Below, in pieces: positions 39,631 through 53,425 of a stretch of 64,000 bases of DNA (the first letter of the stretch is position 1; each line of letters starts with the position of its first letter). The DNA is from Octopus vulgaris (taxonomy: Eukaryota). Position numbers and translations under genes: made by a program. The DNA lies in assembly GCA_951406725.2 (NCBI GenBank), contig OX597822.1:49228001-49292000 (forward strand), given 5' to 3'. Under the pieces are notes generated by a model that saw nothing but the letters and a program-made list of their open reading frames with translations, was not told where the DNA came from and ran no database searches.

Positions 39631-40809
39631 TTTCATATATATAGGTTAAAGTGGTGAGGAAAGGCAAACAATTAGGTAAGACCTGACTAGGACATTTAAT
39701 TTAATTTAGCTACATAACGAATGGTAATAAATAGTCTCTGACATCTGTTTTTGGGATATCCCAGCTATTGGAACATCGTGTTGAGCGAAAACTCCATAAG
39801 TTGGGTATACTGTCATCGGGGAGATATAGGTTACATAGTGGAAGAAAGTTCCTCATCAATGATAGTTGTTGTGGTACATTATGCCCAAGGGGGAGGTCGA
39901 ATTAAATCCAGTTAGATTGGATATTCCTTAGGTAAATCCATGATCAGAAAGAATGGTTAGATAGTACTCTTTAGTGAGGAAAAATGAATACTGGCAGTTG
40001 TAAAGTTGGACAAATACTGAGAGTAGGAATAAATAATACACACCGGTATAAGAAATATAGGTGGATAAGAGATATATACTATATGCTATTCAGTATAGTG
40101 GAGAGTATTTAGTCCAGAGAAATTAGAGGGAGGAATAAATAATACAATCTGGTGTGAGAAAGACAGGTGGATAACGGCTTTGTGCTAGATATATACTGAT
40201 TGGTATATATCAAAGAAATTAGAGGGAGCGAGTGCAAAGACAAGTGAAGGGTATTAGTATCCAAAGAAATTAGGGGGAGTAGATATAGAGACAGATAGGT
40301 AAGGGAAAAGATAAAGCAGATCCCTGACTTACAAGGCTGGGTACTAATGAGAAGGAGGATGTGTAGGTAAGAAAGCGATCACAAAAAAGATAATGGACGT
40401 CATCTGTAGTGGGTGGTCAAATTTTACTCGAGGGGAGACCTGGGACTGTCTAGTTGTGTTAAAGGTAAGCAAACAAAAGATTTTTATTTACAGTTAAAAA
40501 CTAGTGTTGAAACATATTATAAAAATAATTAAATAGAAATAATTAAAACTTAATTGAAGAGCAAAGTTTACATTTGAAATTAAAGTTAAAATTAAAATTA
40601 AGATTGACATTAAAATTACGAAATGAGTATCCGTAGTGTTAATAAAGATATATTGCTAACATGTCAGAGAGATGGCTTTACTTGTTAGTATAGTTACTAC
40701 TCTCATCTATTATTGAGAATTTATTATTAGTTACTTTGGTCGCTTTGTTTAGAAATTTGTACATTACTTGCTGGAGCGGACTCTGTCCATCCATCTGGCG
40801 ACCGAGTGT

Positions 40810-40858
40810 TCGCAACCGAGGACGAGCAAGCTAGCTCGAAACGCAATCGGTCACGCGA
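40810..40858 (+). ncRNA. Degenerate hammerhead ribozyme motif
   Basis: UCGCAA-CCGAGGA-C-GAGC-AAGCUA-GCUC-GAAA-CGCAAUCG-GUC-ACGCGA. Confidence 0.5.
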
Positions 40859-40996
40859 TCCTGTCGTTTATAGATGGGTGGTAGGGCTCGCTTCCCCGCT
40901 TGCAATATATGTACAGGGTGAAGGGTGCATCTATAACCAGTTGGTGGAAGATCTGCCTGGGGTTGAACGGCCATATTGATGTGGTGATTAGCTTCA

Positions 40997-41051
<55 letters not shown>

Positions 41052-41102
41052 ATGCATGTATATGTATGTGTATGTATGTACGTGTGTATATCTATATATC
41101 TA

Positions 41103-42362
41103 TCATCCCATAAATAATGCGTTTTTTTTAATTGCATGAACTAAAAGTCGGAGGGCACGGGATAAACTACCTGCATTAACTTGCTATAAAAGCAGCTAGT
41201 AATTTAAACCTTAGCCTTATTCTTAGTAGAAGTTTTGAAGAGTGCAGTTCGATTTTAACAGTTATTTTTTCAAAGCTATAATGGAAATGACAAAGGAGCA
41301 TATTCGGCATATTTTGCTTTATGAGTTCAATAAAGGCAAATACTCAACGGAAAGTGTGAGGAATATTAATGCGGTATATGGGGATCGGACAATAAGCGTA
41401 AGCCAGTATCACCGGTGGTTCCAGAAATTCCGAACCGGAAACTACAGCCTAGAAGACGAACCTCGTCCTGGAAAACCTTTAGCGCTCGACGAGGACGTCC
41501 TGCAAACCCTGGTGGGACAAAATCCCATCATAACGGTTGAGGAAGTAGCAGAGAAGCTTGGATCTGATCATTCGACCATTCATCCACACTTCATACCATC
41601 AGAAAAGTCAGCAAATTGAGTCAATGTGTTCCTCACAAACTTTCCGAGTATAATTGCGCGTAGAGAGTGAATGTGTGCTCTTCTTTGTAGCCACGTCTCA
41701 CGAATGGACCTTTTTGGGACTGAATAGTGACAGGTGACGAGAAATGGGTTCTCTATAAAGAAGTCAAGTACGGAAGACAGTGGGCAGGGAAAGGAGAAAC
41801 ACCGGTACCCCAAGCTAAAGAAGGTCTTCACCCACGTAAGGTGTCGTTATGTGTTTGGTGGGATGTGAAAAGTTTAGTTCACTTGAAACTTTTAAACCCA
41901 AACCAAATAATAGCAAAGGAGATCTACTGGGAGCAGCTTGAGTAGCTTAAGTCAGCGCCAGAAGAAAAAACGACCATCTTTGGTTTCAGGACGAAAGGTG
42001 TTCTTCCATCAGGATAATGATCGGCTACATACAGCTGGAGCAGTTTGAATGGGAAACGATGTCCCACCCACCATAATCGCCGGACATTGCCCCTTCTAAT
42101 TATAATTTATTCCGCAGTCTTCAAAATCATTTGGATAGAAAAAATATGAATACTGTAGATGAGGTCAGAACAATGCTGGAGGAGTAGTTTTCATCACGGA
42201 CAAGTGAATCTTGGGAGAGGGGCCTTGCAAGTCTATCAGATAAATGGAAGAGCACAGTAGGAAATGAAGGAGTGTATATATTTCGATTAGAAAAGAAATC
42301 AGTTTACCTTAATTTCGAAAAATAAAGTATAAAAAAATCTCATTATTTATGGGATGACCCAA
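41103..42362 (+). mobile_element. Mariner transposon, near full length, inactivated
   Basis: TIRs TCATCCCATAAATAATG / CATTATTTATGGGATGACCCAA. Transposase pieces HIRHILLYEFNKG, RWFQKFRTG, TGDEKWVLY, FHQDN and HPP*SPDIAPS, with stops and frameshifts. Confidence 0.93.
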
Positions 42363-42386
42363 CACGCACACGCACACACATATGTG

Positions 42387-42418
<32 letters not shown>

Positions 42419-42676
42419 TGTATGTATGTATGTATGGATGGATGGATGGATGGATGGATGGATGGATGGATGTGTGTGTGTGAGTGTGTAAAATAAAGAG
42501 AGAGAAAGATTGATAGAAATTAGAAATAGTGGAAGAGAGAGATGGAAAGAGAGAAAATACATACTGTGGTTGATGTGATCAAGTAAGTTCTGTTAAAGAT
42601 GGTGACCTTGTACCACCGGATTCCTATGACTGAAACCAGAAAGCTTGGTTAATTTAACAATGAAAAATTATCTTAC

Positions 42677-42871
42677 CTTGACCTCTCGATATTGCACTGT
42701 GAACCAGATTAATATCGGAATACAGCACATGATTAATCCTGCAATTCCTAGAACAATGCTTCTCAGAACCCAGTTAAGTGCTAAAATGCATGGACTTCCA
42801 TCAACACATGTCTCGCAGCCTGGTGCACAAGGAAGGCAAGCGAAACTATTATAATAACTGTTTGGTTCTTT
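42677..42871 (-). CDS. GPR158/CG31760-like class C GPCR, internal exon (end of Cys-rich ectodomain + TM1)
   Basis: Acceptor TTTGTTTTTATCAACAG, donor AAG|GTAAGA, 195 nt, phase 0/0. Encodes KEPNSYYNSFACLPCAPGCETCVDGSPCILALNWVLRSIVLGIAGLIMCCIPILIWFTVQYREVK. The CLPCxxGCxxCxDxSPC motif followed by TM1 is typical of the GPR158/CG31760 family. Confidence 0.92.
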
Positions 42872-44052
42872 CTGTTGATAAAAACAAACAATCAATTACT
42901 TGTGGCGTATAGACAAATATTTTTCATGATTTTGTCAATTATTTCGGTAATTATGAAATTCAAGTTAATTACTATGTTAGCTCATGATATGATAGTACAA
43001 CTATAAAGCATGCTTTAATAAGGATTTCTCATATTCGTTGAATCCGTAGTGGCCTTGCACATATTCGACGGATTTCAAACCCACTTAATACTTACTTTAC
43101 CGATAATGAGGACGGAAAGAGAAACTAAACTCCGGCAATCTGTGATGGCATCAATGTACACCTAACAGTATATAATTATTTTGATAGGTTACAGTTTAAC
43201 TAGCGTTCGTATCAACTTCAATTATGAATTTCTGAAGAGGTAATCGATCACAGTTATTTCTGCAGTTCGTGTCTAAAGAGATGGAACTGCAAAAATAGAG
43301 TGCCTGGAATGTTCTAAAGCTTCACCGGCGGACATGAGCGATGTTTGTCAGAGACATAGCATGGGTATCGGTGTCACAACTAAGACGTCTATTCCGAAGA
43401 ACTTTCAGCTCAGAGAGTATGGATAATTTTCAACATCTGTTGGCCCAGCAGCGTTATCGAGAAATATTGCTATATCGGAATTGCTTTTACTAGTACAAGA
43501 GAGACCATCTACCGGGCCTGTCCGTGATGCACGGAAATCGATGAAAACATTCCTGCTCACTTGTTCAGCGTCCTAAAATTGTTCACTAATGAAGATTGTT
43601 GTCGCTTGTCTCTTGGTCTCTTGGACAGGTTCAGATGTTACTTAACTAATCCATGAAGCCTTCTGACAAAGAAGGATAGACAGTTTTTCTCTGACAAGTA
43701 GATGTGATGAAAGAGATGGTGTGTTGAACAACATTGGGAGGACCAAATATAGAGACATTTCATCTTCTGCCAAACTCTGACAGATATCTAAAATAACATT
43801 TCAAGAGGAAACTGCATATGGACAGGAAGTGTGGTCTCTAGTAAACCCTCTGAGCAAAAAAAATGAGCTTGACCTCGGGGAATAGGCTGACTTATCTCAT
43901 GTAACTAGATTAGATACTGCAACTTAGAGAAGGAAACTGCCTCACATAATTAAAAGAATCTGAAATCTGTGCGGCTCCCTAACTAGCCATTGTTGGATAC
44001 GTGCTTTTTGGACAATTTCATTGCTTTTCTTACATGTTTTTTTCATATATGT

Positions 44053-44282
44053 TTCTTTTTTACCCACAAGGGGCTAAACACAGAGGGGACAAACAAGGAC
44101 AGACAAACGAATTAAGTCGATTACATCGACCCCAGTGCGTAACTGGTACTTAATTTATCGACCCCGAAAGGATGAAAGGCAAAGTCGACCTCGGCGGAAT
44201 TTGAACTCAGAACGTAGCGGCAGACGAAATACGGCTACGCATTTCGCCCAGCGTGCTAACGTTTCTGCCAGCTCGCCGCCTT
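44053..44282 (-). mobile_element. SINE family B with 19-bp TSD
   Basis: Full copy flanked by ATGTTTTTTTCATATATGT at 44034 and 44283. Confidence 0.92.
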
Positions 44283-44619
44283 ATGTTTTTTTCATATATG
44301 TCGCAACTTCAACCATTTTGTAATTTATCCTTTTAATATCGACTCATGCGACACTTCTGGTCATAATAACAGAAATTATTATTAATATTAGTAGTTGTAT
44401 TAAGGTAGCACGCAGAAAGGGCCATTAGAGCATTCGGCAAAGTGGATTGGAGTATGTGGGTCCAACTCTTTACGTTCTGATTTTAATTCTGACCAAGGTC
44501 AACTTTGCTTTTCATGCCTTCAAGATCGATAAAATATGTACCAGTTGAGTATAGAGATCGATGTTAACGACTTAACTTGCCCACTAAAGTTGTTGGACTT
44601 GTGCCAAGATTTCAAATTA

Positions 44620-45085
44620 TTATTGAGTGAGAAAGCAGTGCATGCCATCAAAGTGACACTGGGGTAAAATATACGAAGTCCAGTATACCCATCATGACAA
44701 CTCATTATATAAGAGCACGTCAGCCACATACATCACAACCATATGCGCGCGACATGGTGAACTCATATCAAGATAGACAGCGTATGACTTTTCAGATGGG
44801 GCCCAGTTTAATAGCTCATCCCACTCAAAAGATTCCTGAATAAGGGTCATTTAAGGGTACTTCTCGAAACATGCATGTTTCTAGAGGTGAATTATTCAAA
44901 TTTCAAAGAATTCCTCTCAAAACATGTCTATGATACTCCTCCACTACTTCTACTCGTGATCAGAGATGCGCATTTTATCGGCCACTAAGGGACATGCTCA
45001 ACTGGTTAAGGTCAAACAACTGACTAGCAAATCTATGGTATGGAGCAAAATATTCGCTGTAGCTCATCTTTTATGCCAAGATAAA
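44620..45085 (-). mobile_element. Family D copy, 5'-truncated
   Basis: Reverse complement of the family D body, beginning (ATT)n-GAGTGAGAAAGCAGTGCATGCC. Confidence 0.82.
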
Positions 45086-45094
45086 TATTTGCTG

Positions 45095-45320
45095 TGACTT
45101 GCAGAATCGTAAGCACGCCGGCGAAATGCTTAGCGGTATTTCGTCTGCGGCTGCGTTCTGAGTTCAAATTCCGCCGAGGTCGACTTTGCCATTCATCCTT
45201 CGGGGTCGATAAATTAAGTACAAGTTACGCACTGGGGTCGATGTAATCGACTTAATCCGTTTGTCTGTCCTTGTTTGTCCCCTCTGTGTTTAGCCCCTTG
45301 TGGGTAGTAAAGAAGTAGGT
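45095..45320 (+). mobile_element. SINE family B
   Basis: Homologous to 53835-54067. Confidence 0.88.
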
Positions 45321-45589
45321 ATTTTGTCATTCCGTAGAAGAAAAAATTCAAATCGGACCATGTTAAGACCGAAAATTATTTACATCAAAAAGTTGCTTTT
45401 TCTATGAAATTCCCTATTTTTTACAATTGTTTGACTGTATCGCCAGTTTTCGTTGTATTTCAACCAGGAAAATGTTTACTTAAAGAGAATAACAAAGCTG
45501 CATAATGCAAAATTTTTACTTTTCAAAAATTCCAATTCTAAAGGGTCGAAAAGAAATCAAACCCGAGCAACGCCTGGCAATACTGCTAG
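45320..45589 (+). mobile_element. Helitron-like 3' fragment
   Basis: Ends AAACCCGAGCAACGCCTGGCAATACTGCTAG|T, the same terminus as 17652-18048. Confidence 0.65.
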
Positions 45590-46629
45590 TAATATTTAAA
45601 AACTACTTGTATCCAGAGATTGCTACAATCAATTGCTCTTACTGTCTACAAATCTATGCCCATATTCTGATGTTAGTACTTCTTAGCTGTTGTACATGTT
45701 TTCTATTTGTTGTCTGCATCTTGGATTCTTACCTAGATAAAGACTTAGAAAGTCATTTAATATTTTTCTTTTCCTAGTTTTAGAGAAAAACGGTTTAATT
45801 TACGAACCAAAAAGAAGAAAAAATTCTTAATGATATAGACCCTCAATGCGGCAACGATCTCCGAGAAAAAACGCACGTTTAAAACTGAAAGAAAGCTCCC
45901 GTTCGTCATCGAATACAGGTATTTCATCGATAATAAAATAGCAGTTTCCTCACAAAAATAACATCATTTTGGGCAATTTCAACGACACAATTAATAATAC
46001 TTTCTACTATAGGCAGAAGGCCTGAAATTTTTTGCGGGTGGGCGGGAGGAGATATTAAATTACATCAACCCCAGTAGTCAGCTGGTACTTACTATATCGA
46101 CCCCAAAAGAATAAAAAGGCTTGCTGATGTTCTGCCGGGTCGCCGCCTTCGACACAATTAATGACAACAAATATTTTGTCAAAGGAACGAATGAGAGGAA
46201 AAATTGGTAACTGTTTCATATAAACTAATTATTTTGTGTATATATATTTATGTAATATAAGATTTTAATGCATAGGTATATTGTATGAGATCACTGCCCG
46301 TCTCCTCGTTATAAAATTTTATTTTACACTTACCAATACACTTTTGTATCCACTTTAAAATAAATCTGTTGTACTTATAAATGGGTCCTGTGGCAAAATT
46401 AAAATTATTATTATTATTATTATTATCGCCAGAGCTGGACGTGTATTTCGGAGCATGTTTACCTCTAAAGTGATTGCTATTCTTATATTTTATTGTTATA
46501 ACTTGTGATTAAGTTAATCTAAACTATGTTGGTCTGATTAACAGTGGCATTGTTTTTTTTTTTGCACTGCGGAGCAAAAATCACTAGAAAAGAAATTTAA
46601 TTTTCCTTTCAAAATTTGCAAAATTTAAT

Positions 46630-47891
46630 ATGGCGTCATCGTCTTTCTCAGCGAGTCAGCAAGTGAGGGAAGTGGGAGGAGATATAGATAGCGAAATTGT
46701 CTTGCGCCGTCACATGCCCCTACACACTCTAGGTGTAAATGATAGTGGTAGTAGCAGGAGGGGTAGCAACAGCAATGACAACAACAAAAACAACAACAAC
46801 AACAACCATAGTGGAAGTTTCAGAAGTAATGAGAATTCGATCGAGGAAGCACGAAATATAAATGGCAGCAGCCAATAGTGCAAGGAAAATATCACTCCCA
46901 CCACCACCACCACTACGACCACCACACAAATCAGTAAAATTTCGAACAAAGAAAGAGGAGGTTCAAATAAAAATAACGTTTCCTTCGCAAAAGATACAAA
47001 TAACTTTGAAATTAAGTCGTTAGAGGATAAGAAAGAACATTTAAAGGAAGCTGAGAGAATTATAAGATGCGAAGAAAGAAAGGTCACACTAAATGTGCAT
47101 CAAAACCTGCTAGAGGCAACCGAAAAGAAACCAAAAACAATCATGTACAGATTGTCCATGAAAATAAGACCGGAAAAATATCATTAAACCAAGATGAGTT
47201 CTGCCTGAAAAATATATGGTGGGATGTCAGCTTTGTCTGCCACGCCCCAAAGTCCGGCTACATCATGGTCATATTCCAGTCGGAATCACTAGCACAAAAT
47301 CACTCACCTGTCTCATAAAAATGGAGGAGTTCATTTTAATTTCCATCAATCTGGGACAGAAGGAGATCCGAATAAAGATAAGTAACATAGCACCAGAAAT
47401 CAATTTCTGCTGGTTGTAAAATCTGTGGTGATGGATGATCCTAGAACATCCCAGAAATCCAAAAATCCCAAAAGAACTGGTTTGGAATAAGGTTGGAAAT
47501 TCTATAGCAAGTAAAACAAGAAACTGTAGAGAAAATATCCGACTTAATAGAAATACTTGGAGGCCAGCAACTGCGGGTGATCGTGGAAGGAAGGAGACCG
47601 GGATGTTACTTCTGTGGCGATTCGGGTCACGTCAGAGTCTATTGCCCGAAGGAAAGAAGGAAAGGGGGGAAAACTTAGCCGAAGCAACCACTAACACCAC
47701 TACAACCACAACAACAGACACCACAACAAGAGCAGCAGCATCAACAGCAGCAACAGCAGAAACAGAAAGAACAGGACCAACAGAGACAATTGGGCACAAC
47801 GGCATTCACAAAAACCACTGCAGTGCTGGCAGCAGCTGCAGATACAACAACGACTGGAGTGAAAACAACTGCACATCGTCAAACAGAATGC

Positions 47892-47925
<34 letters not shown>

Positions 47926-50225
47926 CAATAACTGCATCACAAACAGCAACAATAACGGCTGAAACAGACAACTCCCCACCAAAAATAATGACAAGACCAT
48001 TAACAATAGTAAAACAAATACCTGTAGAAGAAATATCCCTCTCCTATTTGGACCACGAAAACGACGGCAATAAGGAGGGACAGGCGTGGCAAAGAGTCAC
48101 AGGAAAAGGAAGGAAAAGACAGAAGAGCATAAAACGATAACCAAAAATAGATAGACAGACAGGTACGAGAAAATGGAGGGAACGAACAGTAACAACAGCA
48201 CACCACGTATAAACTCACCTACACACACAGGCAACAATAACATCCTCCACCACAACCTCCACAACCATCACAAACACAACATAGCCTACATACACAACAG
48301 ATGGATTGCATTCCCCAAATGATGATAAACCAGACATTATAAATCTCACGGCTATAAGCACAAAAAATAAAGAATTAATAGAACACATCCACAAACATGG
48401 ATATTAATGAATTCAATTATGTCATACCAACCATAATTATACCCGCACAATAAAAATATTCACAGCTACTCAAAGTGACAAAAAAATTTTGAAATTTAGG
48501 TATTTTCAGTTTGTAGGGGACTTTCAAAAGGATCTTAATATCAGACTTTACAAGGAACCGCTGGCGAAAACCCCACATCCAACGAGAAGGACGGAGTAGG
48601 CACACCCAATCCCCTACAAAGCTTTGGTAAGTGACTCTCTCCTACTTTCACACATTCCCATTATACCAATATGGTATTGCTTAGAGTGGGCAGTAGAAAT
48701 GTACGCGGCCTGGGGTCATCATGGAAGCAACGTCGCTTGCTCAATGGCCTCAGGTGGCAAAAATTAGACGTAATAGCCGCCAGTGAGACCAGGATCTCGG
48801 AAACCCGCGCCTTAGCGCTCATTTTCGATGATTATGAGATCTTTGCATCTCTTAGTCGATTGGGAATGGTGGGTGGGGTGGCGGTCTGTTCAGAAAAGGC
48901 CTGGATCTCGAGATACGGTCGGTCTTCGTGGACCCAGAAGATACGATGGTGGTCCTGGTCGTGAATGATAACGTGACTGGTTGCTTTGAATGCACTGACC
49001 GGAGTGGGACAGCCGGATTTCTTTAGACGCTTCAAAGTCTTTCTTGAGACGTCTCGCTCCTTAGTGCTAGTGGGCGACTGGAACGCTATCTTGGATGCAC
49101 GTGTGAATTGGGTAGGAATGAGGGATGCGCAAGCCTCGCAAACATGCTCAATCGTTTCCTATCTCAGTCTGGATTTCCCAAATACTTCAATGTGGACGTG
49201 GGCAAATAGATAGGGTAATTTCTCGGCCAGCAGATAAAGATAGCATAGGTCTTCCACAATTATGAAGTTGTCAGCTATACGGACCACAGATTGGCGATCT
49301 GTATGGTCAACCTAGCCAGGCTGCATAGGCAGGGTCCCGGGTACTAGAAGCTAAGCGTGTCTTTCTCGGTGCACCAAGCTTTCAGAGACCGGATTAGTAA
49401 GTTAGTCCATCGAAAATTGACGGGTGCAGTCGTCAACAACCGATAATGGGCAACCCTAAAATGGGCGGTTAGAGTAGAAGCTGTAGGATCTAGCAGGGTA
49501 TTAGTGATAGAGAATACTAGAATAGAAAGAGAATTAGGAAATTAGAAGAGGCATTCAGTAGTGGCATAGCAACCGACGTGCTTGGCAGCGAGATTGGTTC
49601 TGAACCAATTCTTCCACTGTTTACATTGTCAGAGCTAGGGTAGTGCTCTAAGACACTAGGGAATGAAAGCCGTTCGATGGGTCCGAGTAGGACGAATCTG
49701 GCAATCGGCTGGGTCCATTGTGAGGATAGTCCCGCCGCTTTCCTTTGGCCGGGAAAGACAGGCTGTTTTTATTTGCTTGGTGGCCTTAGCAAAAGAGGTT
49801 GTGTGATGGACCAGGGTGCAAGGGCTGAAGACAGAGACTTTTCTCTTTAGCCAAACCCTCATAAACTTTTTCAAATTGCATTTGAAAAGGAAAGTGAGGT
49901 TGGAGAGGCAAGTTCTGAATCCCTAGCAATTTTGTTAAAATGTTGGTGAATGTCCCGAGTGAATGGGCCTGCTCTAAGCATACACCTGTTGACAAAGTAG
50001 GAAGGGCACTTTCCTTAGTGGTCAGGGCTTTTGTGGACTTGTGGGGTTTTCACTAGCAGTCCTAAGAGGTTTCCCTCTTCTGGGGAATTTTGTTATTTTC
50101 GATTTCTGATTTTGTTTTTCATTGTTTACACGATTTTCATGTAACCCCACATTGTATTTGTCCTGTGTTGTCCATAATGTTTTTTTTTTATGTAAACCCT
50201 AGTGGTTAATAAAGAAATCATTATC
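46630..50225 (+). mobile_element. Tx1/L1-clade LINE, degenerate (ORF1 + APE endonuclease, RT deleted)
   Basis: ORF1 zinc knuckle VIVEGRRPG-CYFCGDSGHVRVYC (47604-47645). ORF2 starts at 48671 with NVRGL...DVIAASETR, LVGDWNAILD, TDH and GPGY*KL. It then jumps to a C-terminal segment and an AATAAA tail at ~50208. Confidence 0.85.
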
Positions 50226-50785
50226 ATTGAGTGAGAGAGCAGTGCATGCCATCAAAGTGACACTGGGGTAAACTATACGAAGCCCAGGATACCCATCATG
50301 ACTATCCGTCTTATAAGGGTACACCAAGCACATGCATCACAACCATATGTGCGCGACATGGTGATCTCATATCAAGATAAACAGCACATGACCTTGCAGG
50401 TGGGGCTCAGTTAGAATTTGCTTCTGGTCGAGTAACCCAATCCACCCAAAAGGTCCCTGAATAAAGATTGTTTAAGGATGTTGAACGAACCACCCATGTT
50501 TCCAAAGGTGAATTATCCAAACCTCTAAGAATTCCTTTCAACACACAGCTATGATGCTCCCCTACTACTTCTGCTCGTGATCAGAGATGCATATATTGGC
50601 GGCTACTAAGGGACATGCTCAACTTGTTAAGGTCAAACATCTGACAAACAAATCTGTGGTACTGAGCAAAATATTTACCGTAGCCCATCTTTTATACCAA
50701 GAGAAAACAATGTACATGATAACACCTCCAATCAGTTAAGATCAGAACACATGAGAGCCACTGCCTGGTATTGCTTCAGGGCAAA
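50226..50785 (-). mobile_element. Family D copy, full length
   Basis: Reverse complement of family D, abutting (ATT)n/(GTT)n and the tail of the Tx1-like LINE. Confidence 0.85.
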
Positions 50786-50811
50786 TATTATCATTATTGT
50801 TGTTGTTGTTG

Positions 50812-50878
<67 letters not shown>

Positions 50879-51199
50879 GATATGATGATTCACGAAACTT
50901 TTCACGAAGGTAAATGAGGAATAAGAAGAGCGTGATACGATTTGTATTAAGAAGAGATTAACACTGTTTATTGAATTCAACAATATTTCCTCGTCGGTTT
51001 CAAGATAAAAAATGAGGAAACATTACAAATATGGAATGGAATATCCTGCGTTCTTTTTTTTTTTTTTTACACAAAACAACGTTTATGGTTTTCGCAGAGA
51101 AAAAAAAGGAGAAAGAAAAAGAAAACAAGAAAAAGAAAACAAGAAAGAGAACACTTTATCGAAAGTTTTTTGCGTAAATGTGATAGAATTCGTCAGTCA

Positions 51200-51750
51200 T
51201 TCTGTCTATTCCTCCGGGTTGTGACATTGGCAATTCACAAATATATTTATCCTCATATGAGGATATGAGGACTGAAAGCGCAGTAGAGTCGATACTTTCC
51301 GATAATGAGCAAAATTACAGTCGTTTGATGTAAAATCTTCGGCAAGTTCCGCTGAACAGCTGCTGTTGTGCCTCAAGTCATACCTGTACCCATTAAATCT
51401 TTCATTTAATTGATATATTTTGCATCTAGCATTAATCAAGTTGTGTTTTGTGCATTTCGCCATGTACCCCAAATGTGAATCCTTATACGTCCCACCTTCT
51501 GTATAAACCATAACATTTCTGTTATAATTTGTGATGGAATTGACTTAACATGTTGTTGCACAATAAACAGGGCTTACCTCTCTTGCGATAGCTTTTCGGG
51601 GGGTACAGCGTTCAGAAACTCTATTAGTAGTTTTATTCAGATTAGAGGTAGTGCTGAAATATGCTGCCAGTTTTCATGCAACATTTTTGGAATGCCAGCG
51701 AAATTTCGGTGCTGGTTAATTTCTGAAGGAATTCAATCACAAATTTCATT
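51200..51750 (-). mobile_element. PLE linker Zn-finger + GIY-YIG fragment
   Basis: CLLCNNM, then GGTYKDSHLGYMAKCTKHNL...QLNERFNGYRYD...SAELAEDF (consensus LNxRFNGHR...LAEHF). Confidence 0.65.
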
Positions 51751-51967
51751 TTAGCTGCTAAAAGTATGCGTGAAAGTTTGACATGCCTAGCTAATTTTAG
51801 CAAGACTGCGAAATTCATTATTATTGTTAAGGCATGAAATTGCGTTTGACCCTCTGGCCGATAACTGATGAGAATTTGGTGACCTTCTGTCTGTTACTTG
51901 TTTGTTTGTGCCTTTATTATACGTTTTTTTACTTATATATATATATATATATGTATGTATGCATGTG

Positions 51968-52268
51968 TGGAGGCGCAATGGCCTAGTGGTTTGGGCAGCG
52001 GACTCGCGGTCGCAGGATCGCAGTTTCGATTCCCAGACCGGGCGTTGTGAGTGTTTATTGAGCGAAAACACCTAAAAGCTCCACGAGGCTCCGGCAGGGG
52101 GTGGTGATCCCTGCTGTACTCTTTCACCACTCTTTCTCTCACTCTTTCTTTTGTTGGCCTGCTCGCTTAGCCAGCGGGGTGGCGTCATTTGAAGGCTAGA
52201 ACAATGCGAACACATTGTGACCAGCGATATGTAACAACATCTGACGGTCTGGTCGGTCACGTGAAGTG
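51968..52268 (+). mobile_element. tRNA-derived SINE family C
   Basis: GGAGGCGCAATGGCCTAGTGG (A box) and GTTTCGATTCC (B box), GC-rich body, inserted in a (TATG)n tract. Confidence 0.8.
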
Positions 52269-53189
52269 AAGTCACGTATGCATGTATGCATGTATGTATG
52301 TATGTATATATGTATGTATATTTGTACGTGCGTGTGTGCGCGCGTGTATGAATAATATTTAACTGGAGTTAGTGTAAAAATTAACTTCATTTTTCAGGAT
52401 TTTCATCAGGATTTTCGTGTACGAATAAAGATTTGAAATTTGTAACAACTATGACAATTTGCTGGAATCTGCGTGGCGTTTTATCCCCTCTTGATGTCGA
52501 TATTGTCAATATTAAGTTAGGCACTCGGATCAAACTTAATCGAATTACTCGTTTCTGTTGAACAAGCTTTGGACTATAGAGACAATATATTAAGACTTTT
52601 CTGACTAAACACCATCATCAACATGAATATAAATTAGTGTCATACGTTGTGTTATAAGGGTTTAATAATATTTCTCTTGGTACGAAATTGGTCTATTACT
52701 ATTTCAGACTGAATCGGCAATCTTATTACTGAAACTAGTTACCTGGACTTGATCATTAATATTTTAAGGAATGGCGTTCATTATCAGAATTTAAAGTTCC
52801 AGTTTAACAGCTGTTTGCATATTACCGATTCCCTATTTGTGGTAATTCAATGCAGGAAAATCCAATTTAGTATTGATAGTTATTTATATGAACCTGTGAA
52901 TATTAAAAGTTAACAGATAAGTGAAGTTATCCTAAGCTATCAGTTTTATCGTAATTGTCGGTTATCTCTTAAATGTATTTCATCAAATTTATTTATGAAT
53001 GAATAGTTCCTTTCTATTAGGTTTAACATAGAATACGTTAACATAGAAATACATTTGAAGCTCGAAATAATTACAAACCAAACGCTCGTTTTTAATTAAC
53101 GTCTCTTTTAAGTTCGCCACTGCATTTTCTTTCTACCAATCTCTCAAAAGAATTTTCTTTCTACTCTCTCTCTCTCTCTTCCGCTCAAC

Positions 53190-53425
53190 CACTCACTCAC
53201 TCACTCACTCACTCACTCACTCACTCACTTACTCACTCACTCACCAACTCCCTCACTCATTCACTCATTCACTCGCTCACTCACTCACTCACTCACTCAC
53301 TCACTCACTCACTCACTCACTCACTCACTCACTCATTCACTCACTCATTCATTCACTCACTCACTCACTCACTCACTCGCTCACTCATTCACTCACTCAC
53401 TCACTCACAAACACACACACACACA
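53190..53425. repeat. (ACTC)n tetranucleotide tract
   Basis: Directly visible. Confidence 0.97.

Noticed and set aside
43200-44000. Relatively GC-balanced block upstream of the TM1 exon
   Set aside because: No open frame or motif could be assigned; probably an old TE remnant, so left uncalled.
51578-51653. Apparent minus-strand exon (TTTCAG ... GAG|GTAAG)
   Set aside because: The peptide is unlike the GPCR family, and the region lies within a Penelope linker/GIY-YIG remnant.
51968-52045. tRNA-like sequence with A and B boxes
   Set aside because: No proper cloverleaf or terminator; it continues into a SINE body.
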